DNA from: Gammaproteobacteria bacterium
GTDB taxonomy: Bacteria > Pseudomonadota > Gammaproteobacteria > RBG-16-57-12
Length of the DNA: 64,000 nucleotides
Assembly (NCBI GenBank): GCA_022712945.1
Contig: JAFLJP010000104.1
Location: 76,447-140,446, forward strand
Direction of reading: 5' to 3'
The translations under genes and the position numbers were made by a program. The notes beneath the pieces are model-generated. The model did not search any database. It saw nothing but the letters and a program-made list of their open reading frames with translations, and was not told the DNA's origin. Numbering within the stretch: position 1 is the first letter of the stretch; every line of letters starts with the position of its first letter. This document shows positions 63,239-64,000 of the stretch, piece after piece.

Positions 63239-63544
63239 TCAGCTGTTAACATTAACCGACCACCACACAAGATGGCCCGGTTTCACCAGAGGCCCGAGGT
63301 GCTCAATCGCTTTTTCAACCTTCTCTGGGGTATCAAAAAATTCGATTACAATCGGCAGATCGAGTGAGAGATTAACCAAGCTCCAGGTATGAATATCGCC
63401 CGAGGCACCAAAACCGCTGATCCCTCGAAACACGGTGACACCCCGCAGTTTTTCCCAGTCGTGCAATCGCTTCATTAGTGTGGAGAGCTGGGCTTCACCC
63501 TCGCTAAGATAAATACGAACCATGGTGATGGTTTCACCGTTCAT
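63239..63544 (-). CDS. DUF190 (divergent PII-like) protein, crcB-associated.
   Basis: About 100 aa with a GlnB-like fold signature. Overlaps the upstream crcB stop by 4 nt. The ORF is open to 63589. Confidence 0.6.
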   Translation of the reverse strand: MNGETITMVRIYLSEGEAQLSTLMKRLHDWEKLRGVTVFRGISGFGASGDIHTWSLVNLSLDLPIVIEFFDTPEKVEKAIEHLGPLVKPGHLVWWSVNVNS

Positions 63545-63915
63545 AGCTGCCTCCCGGTTATCATGCCGACCCATGCGGCGGCAATACACAATACCACACT
63601 CAGCAATACATTCAGCATTGCCTTGGCCAGCTCACCACCCTCAATCAGCGCGATGCTCTCGATAGAAAAAGTGGAAAACGTGGTAAATGCACCCAGCAGG
63701 CCCACCAACAGTGCTGCCCGCCACTCTGCCGACAGCGCCGAGCGTTCGATTAACCAGACGTAGAGAAACCCCATGACCAGTGAACCGAGCACATTCACCA
63801 CCAGCGTGCCATAGGGGAAACCACGCCCCCACTGAGCGTAAACCCAGCCGGAGACCCAAAAACGCAACAGAGCACCGGTTGCACCACCCACTGCGATTGC
63901 TATCACCTGGTTCAT
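63541..63915 (-). CDS. crcB: Fluoride ion channel CrcB/Fluc.
   Basis: MNQVIAIAVGGATGALLRFWVS...GFPYGTLVVNVLGSLVMG. Confidence 0.85.
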   Translation of the reverse strand: MNQVIAIAVGGATGALLRFWVSGWVYAQWGRGFPYGTLVVNVLGSLVMGFLYVWLIERSALSAEWRAALLVGLLGAFTTFSTFSIESIALIEGGELAKAMLNVLLSVVLCIAAAWVGMITGRQL

Positions 63916-63957
63916 GTTGTCCTGGGTTCCTCGGTTGGTTACACCATGGTTTCCATG

Positions 63958-63984
63958 GTTTCGCCATCTAAAGATGGCTCCTAC
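63958..63984 (-). repeat. Copy 3 of the palindromic motif, upstream of crcB.
   Basis: The reverse complement is gtaggagccatctttagatggcgaaac. Confidence 0.55.
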
Positions 63985-64000
63985 AATTTCCGCCCCGGAG

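Noticed and set aside
63916-64000. Candidate fluoride riboswitch upstream of crcB.
   Set aside because: I could not match the conserved crcB-motif core by eye. The segment is also a copy of a repeat found at two unrelated loci. It is kept only as an open question.

Overview
This window is a 64 kb chromosomal segment that looks gammaproteobacterial, about 50% GC, and densely coding on both strands. Housekeeping backbone genes: uvrB, a class-I aminotransferase, three tandem tRNA-Asn, tRNA-Val, gluQ, an EF-P paralog (efpL/yeiP type), parE, xseB-ispA-dxs, a DEAD-box helicase, mrcB (PBP1B), ogt, fur, bamE, ratA plus an rnfH-like gene, serS and DUF190-crcB. Accessory or unusual content is interspersed among them. 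A 5'-partial type I restriction-modification hsdM gene sits at the left edge. A lipoprotein serpin carries a C-terminal extension. A NaChBac-type voltage-gated sodium channel lies beside a secreted class-3 lipase. A TonB-dependent receptor is followed by exbB, exbD and tonB. A gamma-glutamyltranspeptidase lies two genes upstream of a CapA-like lipoprotein, with a PAS-containing MCP between them. An approximately 9 kb minus-strand cluster is built around a PspA/IM30 protein and resembles E. coli yjfIJKLMC, but carries a membrane-fused spermidine-synthase-like enzyme. lexA-sulA has two variant SOS boxes. nnrS is followed by a tri-haem cytochrome c and preceded by an FNR/Dnr-type box. A two-gene P-loop NTPase plus TPR module of unknown function sits between dxs and the helicase. 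It lies immediately next to a copy of a miniature inverted-repeat element (terminal inverted repeats AGGGATGTAGAA), which occurs at least six times in the window and has truncated a feoB-like gene. A second short palindromic repeat (GCCATCTTTAGATGGC) occurs three times. No CRISPR array, rRNA or transposase gene was seen.
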